Of a stretch of 63,596 bases of DNA, positions 9,047 through 18,008 are shown piece after piece. The stretch spans positions 1 through 63,596 of the IMG/VR virus record IMGVR_UViG_3300012527_000001. One strand, 5' to 3'. Position 1 is the first letter of the stretch. Each line of letters starts with the position of its first letter. The DNA comes from a virus (taxonomy: Duplodnaviria; Caudoviricetes). The notes beneath the pieces are model-generated. The model was given only the letters and a program-made list of their open reading frames with translations, was not told the origin of the DNA and made no database searches. Both the position numbers and the translations under genes were made by a program.

Positions 9047-9076
9047 GTTTCCGTGTGAAGTTTCCGTGTGAAGTTT
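9047..9076 (+). repeat. Tandem 13-bp repeat GTTTCCGTGTGAA (x2.3)
   Basis: Copies at 9047-9059 and 9060-9072, then GTTT. Confidence 0.85.
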
Positions 9077-9194
9077 GAAAATGTGGCAATTCCGCCACGT
9101 TAGGTCGACCTTACAAGAGAACGTCCCTGAACTTTACATACTGAGTTAGGCTGACCTAAATCTGCTCAAAGGGCCAAATGGCCTACCATTTCTG

Positions 9195-9250
9195 GGTTGG
9201 TACGGGCGCCCGGCGGGTATACTGAATTCAAGCCCGGTAGCGCTACCGGG
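9195..9250 (+). promoter_or_regulatory. Putative early promoter (-10 TATACT) followed by an 18-bp perfect palindrome
   Basis: TATACT at 9218-9223; CCCGGTAGCGCTACCGGG at 9233-9250. Confidence 0.55.
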
Positions 9251-9307
9251 TAGGGGTACCTAGCCCCGCTTTAGCCAGGTCGCTCTGCGGCCAGAAAGTA
9301 GCCCATC

Positions 9308-10012
9308 ATGAAGAACGTCACTGCCTCCGACCGCACCACCCTCGTCGAGCGGGCCACTGCGCTCGGCCTTCTGTCCCAGCCCGTCGGTCAGATCCCTGGC
9401 TACGGCAAGTTGATCTTGGAGTCCGGCATGAACGCCAGTCAGGTGTACTGCTGCCTCACCCGGCACCAGATCGAAGAGGTGTACACCGATCTGGACCTGG
9501 CCCCGGTCGCCTCGGCCGCCATCGCCAACCCCAATACCCCCGACGGTACCCGCACCAAGGAGATGCGGGTGGCCATCCAGGCGGTCGTCGACGCCCGGTC
9601 GGCCGGTCAGTCCTGGGGCCTGATCGGGGTCCGGTTCAACAGGCCGGAGAGCCTGGTCAGGCGCTGGTTCAAGGAGTCGGGCACCAAGTCCGAAGGCCTG
9701 CGGATCGGTAAGGGCGGCCGCTGGCTGCTGAACGAGCCCGCCCTCTACAACGGGGACCGGGCGGTTACCGGCATCAACCTCCCGGCGCCCATGAAGCGCT
9801 CGGAGATCCGGGGTTACGCTGCCCGGCTGGATGCCATGGAGAACCTCCCCTCCAACCGGAGCGAGCTCCAGGCCCTGGCCAAGGAGCTGGGGCTCAAGTT
9901 GGGTGGCGGGAACGCAGCCCTGGCCGAGCGGATCAGGGCCCACCTGGTCACCTCCGACCGGCCGGAGCTCACGGCTGAGAAGCCCGAGGCTACCCTCGAG
10001 CTCAACGCCTAG
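9308..10012 (+). CDS. Putative DNA-binding protein (HTH + RIGKGGR motif + SAP-like C-terminus)
   Basis: SWGLIGVRFNRPESLVRRWF (HTH-like); RSELQALAKELGLKLGGGNAALAERIRAHL (SAP-like); strongly GC3-biased codons. Confidence 0.65.
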   Translation: MKNVTASDRTTLVERATALGLLSQPVGQIPGYGKLILESGMNASQVYCCLTRHQIEEVYTDLDLAPVASAAIANPNTPDGTRTKEMRVAIQAVVDARSAGQSWGLIGVRFNRPESLVRRWFKESGTKSEGLRIGKGGRWLLNEPALYNGDRAVTGINLPAPMKRSEIRGYAARLDAMENLPSNRSELQALAKELGLKLGGGNAALAERIRAHLVTSDRPELTAEKPEATLELNA

Positions 10013-10080
10013 CAGAACCTAGAAGGTTGGCCCTCAGCCCTACCCCCGTAGGGTACTGAGGGCCTTCCTCCTAGGCTCAG
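10013..10080 (+). repeat. Structured intergenic element, copy 1 (ends CCTAGGCTCAG)
   Basis: Nested inverted repeats directly after a stop codon; 3' end shared with copies 2 and 3. Confidence 0.75.
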
Positions 10081-10104
10081 GTAGGGCTATAGGAGAAGGG
10101 CATC

Positions 10105-10440
10105 ATGCCTAGTGAAGAAAGGCCATTCTTGACCATGATCGCTACAGAGGGGGCTCAGATCCCGAGCTCCGTCTATCGGGAGGTCTTCAGGTACGTGGGC
10201 CTCATGACTGAGGGGGTACCTGATGAGGATGACGTTCCGAGCTCGTTTGAGGAGAGCTTGATCACGATCGGCTTCACCCCTCAGGTAGAGAAGGAGCTCA
10301 GGGAGCACTACATTCCCCCTACGTGGCCGAACGTAGAAGGGGGTCGTCCCGTAGCGTACTGGAGGAGTGGCCTCAGTACGGGGTGTGTTCAGGTACTCTT
10401 CATGATGCCTGACGGTACCTTCGAGTGGACTGAGCCCTAG
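10105..10440 (+). CDS. Hypothetical protein
   Basis: 111 aa, AGGAG RBS. Confidence 0.6.
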   Translation: MPSEERPFLTMIATEGAQIPSSVYREVFRYVGLMTEGVPDEDDVPSSFEESLITIGFTPQVEKELREHYIPPTWPNVEGGRPVAYWRSGLSTGCVQVLFMMPDGTFEWTEP

Positions 10441-10496
10441 GTGAGTGAGGCCCCTCACTATAGGGGTACCCCCTAGGGGTAGGTCGTGAGAACAGT

Positions 10497-10715
10497 GAAG
10501 AGCTTCAATGGTCACTCACAAGAGAAGCACAACAACAAGAAGAGCTTCAATGGTCGCCCACAAGAAGAGCTTCAGTGCTTGAAGAGCTTCTGCTGTCGCA
10601 ACAGAACACAGAGGGGGGGTGCCCGATATCTATGGAGGGAGAAGGGGTGCGGCCCCTGGAACTATTTCTTCACGTTTCTGGAAACCAACGTTCTCTGTCT
10701 TCACGTTTCTGGAAA
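10497..10715. repeat. Non-coding repeat cluster: 4 x GAAGAGCTTC, G7 run, 2 x TCTTCACGTTTCTGGAAA
   Basis: 10-mers at 10497, 10539, 10564, 10581; G7 at 10613-10619; 18-mers at 10667 and 10698. Confidence 0.85.
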
Positions 10716-10795
10716 GCCACAGTTCTCCCGTACCCCCGAACCAGTTCCCTGTAGTAGCCTAGCCCTAGTAGCCCCACCAAAGGAGAAGAGATAAC

Positions 10796-11137
10796 GTGCC
10801 CGCTTCAATCAAGGTCACCTGGATCAAGTCACGCTACAACATGAGCGAGGCAGAACACGACTTCCTAGTGCTTCTGGCCGACAACACCCCCACCCCATCA
10901 GCGGCAGAAGTCGTGGGCTGGCTCAACCCACAATCTGTCAGAGCCAAGGTGTACAACCTTCTCAGTACCCTAGGTATCGCACCGCAGGGCTCATGGGCAG
11001 CCAACATCGAAGCTCTCAGAACTAAGGCCCAAGCCTTGGCGTTCCACCACGAAGCCCTTTACGGTATTCACAACCGTGAAGACTCCTGTGAATGTGTCCT
11101 CTGCGTAACCTGGTTCGGCCCCCTGGTCAACCGCTAA
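10796..11137 (+). CDS. Hypothetical protein (SAP-like segment, C-terminal His/Cys cluster)
   Basis: AAGGAG RBS; HNREDSCECVLC. Confidence 0.6.
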   Translation: MPASIKVTWIKSRYNMSEAEHDFLVLLADNTPTPSAAEVVGWLNPQSVRAKVYNLLSTLGIAPQGSWAANIEALRTKAQALAFHHEALYGIHNREDSCECVLCVTWFGPLVNR

Positions 11138-11138
11138 C

Positions 11139-11193
11139 GCTGAGCGCAGACGGTTGCCCCTTCACGGTGAAGGGGTTTCCGCCTAGGCTCAGC
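11139..11193 (+). repeat. Structured intergenic element, copy 2
   Basis: GCTGAGC GCAGA CGG TT GCCCCTTCAC G GTGAAGGGGT TT CCG CCTAG GCTCAGC. Confidence 0.75.
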
Positions 11194-11225
11194 CGACCTA
11201 GGAACTTAGCCCCAAGGAGAACCAC

Positions 11226-11465
11226 ATGAGAGAGCTCAGTTCAAATGACCGGCTTGTGGAGGCTTGTCGGGATTGCAAGCCCAGCCGGATCTGCCCAGTT
11301 CACAACGAATACATCGACCGAAGGTGCCTCACAGCTCACCCCACGGTGCGCTATGGCGGTAAGACGAACGCTCAGCGCTTCGCCGAACGCTACGGCCCTA
11401 AGCCTCGGCAGTGCGGGGAAGGTGCTTCCTGCGTCTGCGAGCCCACCCCGTGCCCCGCCGCCTAA
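11226..11465 (+). CDS. Small Cys-rich hypothetical protein
   Basis: AAGGAG RBS; CxxC..CPVH and CxxxxxCxC. Confidence 0.6.
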   Translation: MRELSSNDRLVEACRDCKPSRICPVHNEYIDRRCLTAHPTVRYGGKTNAQRFAERYGPKPRQCGEGASCVCEPTPCPAA

Positions 11466-11466
11466 T

Positions 11467-11528
11467 CTGAACCGTGACGATCGGCCCCCGCCTAGCATGA
11501 GAGGCAGGGGTCGGTCGCCTAGGCTCAG
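11467..11528 (+). repeat. Structured intergenic element, copy 3
   Basis: CTGAAC CGTGA CGATCGGCCCC ... GGGGTCGGTCG CCTAG GCTCAG. Confidence 0.75.
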
Positions 11529-11561
11529 CCCGAGCGTAGGTAGCCAGAAGGAGCGTAGCGA

Positions 11562-11789
11562 ATGACATCCAACTACATGGGGGATCAGGCAGATCTCGCC
11601 AACGTGATGCCAGACACCGAGGACACCGAAGAGTGCCCGCTCTGCCGCCCGTTAGCCTGCGATGACCCCGATCGGCATATGGGAGCCCCGGCAGAGTACA
11701 CCCCTCTCAAGAACAGAGGCTGCCACTGTGGAGCCGACTTCGACGGTCGGGACTGCATGTGCTTCGAAGACGAGAGCTACCCCGACTGA
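11562..11789 (+). CDS. Small acidic Cys-rich hypothetical protein
   Basis: AAGGAG RBS; CPLC, CHCG, CMC. Confidence 0.55.
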   Translation: MTSNYMGDQADLANVMPDTEDTEECPLCRPLACDDPDRHMGAPAEYTPLKNRGCHCGADFDGRDCMCFEDESYPD

Positions 11790-11839
11790 TGAACGCCGTT
11801 CATCGAAGTTATTCACCCCACAACCAAGGAGAAGTAGCT

Positions 11840-12328
11840 ATGACCAAGATCCTAGCCGAGCACCCACACCCTACGGAAGAGGGGCACGAGATCCGCATCT
11901 TCGGCACCCCCAAGACGGCGCTGGAGCTCGAAGCGCTCTGGTGGGCCGTTCAGCAGCCCTTCTACCCTGATATCCCGGCAGATGAGGCCCTCACCTACGC
12001 CAGAGAATCAGCCTTCTCACTACCGTACGAACAAGGCCCAGGCGGTACGCTGATCCACTTCGAGCGCTTCGAGCGTGAGCTGATTGACTGCCCTCACCGG
12101 ACCTGCCCCAGGAACATAGCCTCCGGCCTACCCAGAGCCGAGCTCTGCGACTACGTCACCGAGGACGAATTCATTCCTACGCCGGGCGACACGGAGGTCG
12201 GTTGGGTTGAGATGAACATGACCCTCACCATTCTTTACACCGACAGCATGACCAACGTCTTCGTCAGCCCGATCTACACCCGACGCATTGGATACGGCGT
12301 CAACGAGTTCACCCTGGGAGAGATGTAG
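11840..12328 (+). CDS. Hypothetical protein
   Basis: AAGGAG RBS before ATG 11840. Confidence 0.6.
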   Translation: MTKILAEHPHPTEEGHEIRIFGTPKTALELEALWWAVQQPFYPDIPADEALTYARESAFSLPYEQGPGGTLIHFERFERELIDCPHRTCPRNIASGLPRAELCDYVTEDEFIPTPGDTEVGWVEMNMTLTILYTDSMTNVFVSPIYTRRIGYGVNEFTLGEM

Positions 12329-12395
12329 GCAAACGAGAACAGCTTCCCCTGAGTAGCCTTTACCCATAGCCCGCAAACAGATAGGAGCCAAACAG

Positions 12396-13144
12396 ATGCC
12401 AGGTCTAAGCAACAGGAAGCAGATTCACGAGTCTGTGGCGGAGATGATCGCCAGAGCCAAGGCAGAGGTCGAGCCCAAGCCAGAGCCAGAGATCGAGTAC
12501 TGGTACGTGTCGGTCTGGATCTGCAACGGCACAGGAGCCGAGTTCGAGTTTCGTGACATTGGAACCGGCTGGAACAACAAGGCTCACGCCGAGCACTACC
12601 TGGCCGAGATCAAGGCCAACCACCCAGACCTCGAGTTCGAACTGAAGGGAGACGTTTGATGTCAGAGGAAGTTCTACCCGCCAACTTCAAGGTAGCAGAG
12701 CGTAGAGAGGACGAGTTCGGAGTGCTGTACGTCAGCGACCGAGGCACGACCTTCAGGATCCACAACGGACCAGAGCCCATCAGGGAACCCCTTCGCAAGA
12801 AGTACATGACCATGTCGGGGAACCCCGCCACCAGCAACACCAAGGAGGAGAAGCGCAAGTGAACGAGAAAGAGGCTCTTGATTACAGGGTTCAGATGGCA
12901 AGGCAGCGTCTGGAGCTCGTGAAGAAGTACGGGCTCACTCCCACCCCTCAAGACGAAATAGACCGCAAGTTTCTCGCAGAGAAGGAGAAGAAAGATGCCT
13001 GACTACCAGGTGACCTTATCCTGGAGCACGGTGGTCCCTGGAGAAACTGAGGAGGAGGCTATTCAGGTGGCAGAATACGAGTTCTACCTAGAGTCGATCA
13101 GAGACCCAGAGGTAGACGTGGTCATGATGCAGAAGCGCAAGTGA
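12396..13144 (+). CDS. Four small overlapping hypothetical genes (12396-12659, 12656-12862, 12859-13002, 12995-13144)
   Basis: Stop/start overlaps and RBSs; the last two are under 60 aa and were translated manually. Confidence 0.5.
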
Positions 13145-13692
13145 GGACAATTCAGCAGTTCTTTTACATGGGCATGGATCGTCACCTGCCCCCTCTCGCC
13201 CAACCCCCGGCAGGGCTCACCCTAGAGCTCGGTCCCGGTCAGAGCGATCGGGTCCCGACGGACGAGAAGCTCCGTTGGCCGGAGTGGGATGCCGCCAGAG
13301 AGCTGAGGAAGATCCACACGACTCCTGGCAATTGGGAGCTGGAGCACTTGATCCCCTACCCTGACGGCCTCATCGCAGAGATCCACGCCTACCACTTCTT
13401 CGAGCACCTGACAGGTGAGCACGCCATCCGCCTGCTCTTGGACATTCAGAGGGTCCTGAAGCCGGGTGGCGTACTGAATGTGGTCACGCCCTACTACAAC
13501 TCGAACCTACAGGCTCACGCTCTGGACCACAAGAGCTTCTGGTGCGAGGACACGTGGGATTGGCTGTTCAATCAGGACTACTACACCGACCACACCCCAG
13601 AGGGCGGGTGGCGCTTGACGAAGCACTTCTGCATCATCATGGGCATCGTGGAGCGCAACCTCTGCCTCATGACCCAGATCGTGAGGACCTGA
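13141..13692 (+). CDS. Class I SAM-dependent methyltransferase (Methyltransf_11-like)
   Basis: LELGPG motif I; IPYPDG...HAYHFFEHL; RVLKPGGVL. Confidence 0.8.
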   Translation: MRTIQQFFYMGMDRHLPPLAQPPAGLTLELGPGQSDRVPTDEKLRWPEWDAARELRKIHTTPGNWELEHLIPYPDGLIAEIHAYHFFEHLTGEHAIRLLLDIQRVLKPGGVLNVVTPYYNSNLQAHALDHKSFWCEDTWDWLFNQDYYTDHTPEGGWRLTKHFCIIMGIVERNLCLMTQIVRT

Positions 13693-14116
13693 TGCCCCTA
13701 CCCGCTGAGTTGTTCCGTCACGTTCCGCCCTTCCCTTACCTGACCCAGGTACGGTGGAAGCAGCAGTGCCTCGGCGATGTTAGGGAGGGCGAAGGAGTTT
13801 TCGTTCTGCACTGGCTGGGAATTGAGGAGTGCTGGGACGTCTTCTTGACAGGTGGCATCACCATCCAACTACACCCAGATCTAGGCGACACAATGGAGGA
13901 GGTGAGGTGATGAAAGAAGATTGGCAGAATGAGCCTGACCTAATGGGCTGGGCCATCCACCGCACGGCAGTGAAGCTCGCCAATGCTAACCTACTGAATA
14001 AACCTGGTGGTGCAGAGATTGCAGACGAACTGGTCTGGGGCGGAAAGACCGTAGCAGATCAGTTCGATGACATCCTTCGAGCTCGTATCATGAACATCTG
14101 CCGGCCCGCCACCTAG
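13692..14116 (+). CDS. Two small hypothetical genes (13692-13910, 13910-14116)
   Basis: TGATG couplings. Confidence 0.5.
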
Positions 14117-14174
14117 TAAGAACCAGATCAAGCGGATACACTAGCCTTAGTTACCAAACCCAGCAACAGGAGGA

Positions 14175-14519
14175 ATGATGAAGCGAAAGATTGCAATCAT
14201 TGGTTGTAGCGTGGGGATCTTGATCGGAGGAGCCAGCGGAGCAGATGCGCACCCTGTCACTTCAACTGGAACCGTGAACGGCTATCCCTGCGGAGGTACC
14301 CTGCCTCCCTGTTACGTCCTTGCCAGGGAGAGTGGAGGCCACCCCACTGCTCAGAACCCCCGCAGCTCTGCCTCAGGACTGTGGCAGTTTGTTCACGGCA
14401 CCTGGAACCACTACTACGGATACAACGAAGCCAAGTACGCACCCCCGTCGATCCAGAACCAGAAGGCCGCTGACACCTGGAACTACGGCAAAGGCTGTTA
14501 CCACTGGAACGCCTGCTAG
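14175..14519 (+). CDS. Secreted Rpf-like lytic transglycosylase
   Basis: Signal peptide (MMKRK-hydrophobic-ADA/HP); ARESGG catalytic Glu, SASGLWQF..GTW, APPSIQNQKA, HW. Confidence 0.8.
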   Translation: MMKRKIAIIGCSVGILIGGASGADAHPVTSTGTVNGYPCGGTLPPCYVLARESGGHPTAQNPRSSASGLWQFVHGTWNHYYGYNEAKYAPPSIQNQKAADTWNYGKGCYHWNAC

Positions 14520-14578
14520 TAAGAACTGCTTCACGCTGATAGCGTTTACCCTATAGCCCATAGCCCAAGGAGAACACA

Positions 14579-14917
14579 ATGAAGAAGCCGCAAGTGTACA
14601 TCGAAGAGACCGACTCCTATGTGGATCTACCTTCCCACAAGGAGGTATGCCCTCGTTGTGACGGTGAAGGAGTCAACTGGGGTTGTCTGAGCTTCACAGA
14701 ATCGGAGGTTGACGACTACGGTCGGGATGAGTTCATGGAAGCTCTGGCGAACAAGACCTTCGACAGGCGTTGCGAGGAGTGCGACGGCCTCAGGGTCGTG
14801 GACATTCCAGATGAGGACCGGACAGAACCGGAGGTCTGGAAGGAGTGGATCGCACAGGAGCAGGCCCGGTACGACCTCGAGGCAGCGGAAGCCGCTGAGC
14901 GAAGGGCAGGCTGCTGA
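14579..14917 (+). CDS. Zn-finger hypothetical protein
   Basis: CPRCDGEG and CEECDG; AAGGAG RBS. Confidence 0.65.
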   Translation: MKKPQVYIEETDSYVDLPSHKEVCPRCDGEGVNWGCLSFTESEVDDYGRDEFMEALANKTFDRRCEECDGLRVVDIPDEDRTEPEVWKEWIAQEQARYDLEAAEAAERRAGC

Positions 14918-15076
14918 TGTATGAGGACTCGCACCTCGAGATGGAGTACGAGGATCGCCACGGTAGTGGTAGTGCTGAGGCTCGTGATGAGATGGATGAG
15001 TTCTTCGAGCCTTACTGCGACTACTGCGAGAACGAGGGGCACAACTACCTCCACTGCCCCAGAAGGGATGACGAGC

Positions 15077-15609
15077 ATGAATAAAGGTTGGATCGACCCT
15101 CACCCCCGGCCTCTAGCAGAGTACCAAAAGCAGATCGAGAAGATCAGCAGAGGCATTCCATGTAGAGGATGTGGCCGTAGGTTTCACAACATGAACTCAG
15201 TCCTATGTATGAAGTTCTGCCTTGCCTGCATGACGAAGCTCGACGACCTAGCCGAGGAGTTCGGAGTGACAAGGGAAGAGATGGCGGAACAATTCATGGA
15301 AGTCTACGGAGGCCCCAAGTGAAGTCACTATGCCTTCTTGTCCACGCCCCCTTCAGCGTTGTGCTCAATGTCTGGAATGTAGATGACCCTGAGGAGGCCG
15401 TGGCTTGCACACTGGAGGCTATGGACACCTCAATCCTTTTGTCACATGCTGGGTTCGTACCATCCCTGGCAGTGATTACAGATGACCCGCCCATAGAGAT
15501 CTGCGGCCACCAGAGCTGCCTGATCCGACGCTCTTACATAGAGGAGGTGCTGAACTACATACGGTGCAAACCAGGAACACCGCTGCAGGACATTGTTAGA
15601 AGCAACTAG
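15077..15609 (+). CDS. Two hypothetical genes (15077-15322 Zn-finger; 15319-15609)
   Basis: CRGC...CLAC in the first; overlapping stop/start. Confidence 0.5.
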
Positions 15610-15632
15610 CCCTAGCCCAAAGGAGAAACAGC

Positions 15633-15899
15633 ATGACGTACAGAGCCACATTCCCGACACCCAGAGACAAGGTGGGCGACAAGAAGTACAGGCCCACTAA
15701 GAAGGCACTGGTCGAGGCGATCATCGAGTACCCCGAGAAGGTACATCTTACCAATCTCAGCGCCTTCGGAGGCTGGTCCGGCCGAGCCAATGAGCTTCCG
15801 ATCGGTTACAAGGCTGACGTCGTTGGCCCAGATCCCTACAAAGATCGGCGCTGGTACGCCACCGTCTCTCGGCAGGCTACCGGCCTCAAGGTCCGATGA
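15633..15899 (+). CDS. Hypothetical phage protein
   Basis: AAGGAG RBS; VVGPDPYKDRRWYATV. Confidence 0.65.
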   Translation: MTYRATFPTPRDKVGDKKYRPTKKALVEAIIEYPEKVHLTNLSAFGGWSGRANELPIGYKADVVGPDPYKDRRWYATVSRQATGLKVR

Positions 15900-16062
15900 T
15901 GGAAGCCACCAAGGCTCTAGTCCACATCAGGCGTGGAAGAAATGTCGAGAGGAGAATGCCAGTTGCACTCTGTGGGTGGAGTGGCGGGTCTCTTCCGTTT
16001 GTAAGGGACGGTCAGCCTACAACCTGCCAGAGATGCCGTGAGAAGTTCTATGAGATGATCAA

Positions 16063-16269
16063 GTGACCACCAACCAGAGCGTCAAGATCATCAAGACACT
16101 CGCATCGCAGAAGCACAAGGAAGCAGCGCTTAGGTTCTACGGCCGTGACGAACTTCGTGATCTTCTCGTCGGTAGCGGGTACATTGTCACAAACAACTTC
16201 TCGAAGGAGCAGCTCGTCCAGATGATCCTCCAGACCAACCCTGTGATCCAGGTTGGGGCGGTGACGTGA
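16063..16269 (+). CDS. Small HeH/Rho-N-like protein
   Basis: RDELRDLLVGSGY....FSKEQLVQMIL helix-extended-helix pattern. Confidence 0.5.
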   Translation: MTTNQSVKIIKTLASQKHKEAALRFYGRDELRDLLVGSGYIVTNNFSKEQLVQMILQTNPVIQVGAVT

Positions 16270-16426
16270 TCGTGATGATATGGCCTACCGGCCCTACAGA
16301 GCCTCTCGAGCCAATTCCAGGAGTGGACTACGAGCCTTCAGTCTGCTGCGTCTGCGGGCAGGACGAACACACAGCAGAGGAGCTGAAGGACTGCATCGAA
16401 TCGGCCACGGCTCCACCTGACCCGAG

Positions 16427-16932
16427 ATGGGGCCCAGGATGACTTCCATCGACATGCGGGATCCCAACAACAGGAAGATGTTTTCTCTACTACAGGTGAG
16501 GGCGTGTCTGAGCATTCAAGCCAAGACCGGCCTCCGCCACAGCAGGGGGAGCATCATCGGCCTAGTCAACGAAATGCACGGAACCAAGTTTCGAACAGCA
16601 GCGAAGGCTCTGCCGTACATCGAGGAAGAGATCGAGAAGCTCAAACGTGAGATCGCAGGAGGGGTGGCGGCTAACCTGGAAGGAGATCTCCCTGATAGGG
16701 TAGTGTCAGGTAAGGACACCGGATGAAGAAGGGATCATTCATAGTACACCCCAAGCAGGGTGAAGACGTAGTGACTCTGAGGAGGGAGGAGGTTGTCGCC
16801 CTCATAGACATGGTAGACGAGAAGGAGGTGGATGAGGACACAATTCTCAGTGCACGAGAGAAGTTAGCGGGGAAGATCCCCGAACGGCTTAGGCCGTCTA
16901 GCCCAGAGGAGAGCAGTGGAAGAGACCGATAA
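16427..16932 (+). CDS. Two hypothetical genes (16427-16726, 16723-16932)
   Basis: ORF track; ATGA overlap. Confidence 0.55.
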
Positions 16933-17923
16933 GATCATAGAGAAGATTCAGAAACTTCTCGGGAAGGCCGCCAGCACGAACTTCAGTGCTGAGCGTGACA
17001 CGGCGTTGGCTTTGGCCGACAAGCTCATGACAGCTCACGCTATCGAGTCATTCATGGTTGAGATGCACAAGCCGGCCAACGAGCGCAAGAACAAGCCTGA
17101 AGTGCGCAACTTCAAGATCTCACTAGGAGACAAGCCGGAGGGTGTGAACCCAGACACCTGGTCAGACCTTCGGAACATCATGTACGGCCTCTTCGGTGAA
17201 GCTGTCAGGTTCTGCAGATGCCGCCAGGTCAATCTGAGCTGGAACGCACAAGTGATTGGTTACACCGATGACCTGGCTTATCTCCAGGAGCTCTACCTGA
17301 GCCTACAGATGCAGATGCTTTCTGCCCTGAGCCCTCGGGTTGACCCGACGCAGGACTACATCACCAACCTTGTCTCACTGAAGGAGTCGGGGCTGAAGTG
17401 GACTGAGATATACGCCAGGCTCAAGGCTGGTGGCTTCTTCCCTGACCGGGACTGGAGTCACGCCTTGGGCGTCAAGTTCACAAACGACTACAAGAAGTTC
17501 TGCGAAGCCTCTGGGCGTCGCCGGATGAACACGGGTAATCCCAAGATCTACTTCAGGAGCTTCACTCAGGGCTATCGAGATGGTGTGGCCACCAAGATGA
17601 ACATGATCAAGAGGGATCGTGAGAGGGACAGCGGGGCTGCCCTGGTCCCGGTCAACGACGAACTCACCAAGTTCTACTACGAGTTGTTCCCAGACCGCAA
17701 GCCTCATGCACCAGACTGTGATTGCGACGGCTGCCACATTTGCCAAGCTCCGAAGTGCCAGCGTCGGAACTGCAAGGAGCGTCGCAAGCCAGTTCGTTAC
17801 AGGACCTACCGGGAGCCGAGCATGGACCCTAACGCCATCAGGAATGGCAGGGCTGCCGGAAGTACGGTGGACCTCGGAGGCGCTAGGGTGACAGGCTCTT
17901 CGACGAAAGGGATTTCAGGATGA
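16916..17923 (+). CDS. DUF2786-domain protein
   Basis: KIIEKIQKLLGKAAST..AERDTALALADKLMTAHAI N-terminus; YFRSFTQGY; Cys-rich insertion. Confidence 0.75.
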   Translation: MEETDKIIEKIQKLLGKAASTNFSAERDTALALADKLMTAHAIESFMVEMHKPANERKNKPEVRNFKISLGDKPEGVNPDTWSDLRNIMYGLFGEAVRFCRCRQVNLSWNAQVIGYTDDLAYLQELYLSLQMQMLSALSPRVDPTQDYITNLVSLKESGLKWTEIYARLKAGGFFPDRDWSHALGVKFTNDYKKFCEASGRRRMNTGNPKIYFRSFTQGYRDGVATKMNMIKRDRERDSGAALVPVNDELTKFYYELFPDRKPHAPDCDCDGCHICQAPKCQRRNCKERRKPVRYRTYREPSMDPNAIRNGRAAGSTVDLGGARVTGSSTKGISG

Positions 17924-18008
17924 CAGACGTAGCCATCGGCATCACCATGATCTCAATCGTGTGCGTGGTTATCGCCATGGTCTGGCTCTGGAAGTTTGCG
18001 GGCAAGAA

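Noticed and set aside
10497-10590. CRISPR-like mini array (GAAGAGCTTC repeats)
   Set aside because: Repeats are only 10-17 bp with irregular spacing (42, 25, 17) and there is no cas operon.
10013-11528. Hammerhead ribozyme or intrinsic terminator identity for the three-copy motif
   Set aside because: No CUGANGA/GAAA core and no U-tract; left unassigned.
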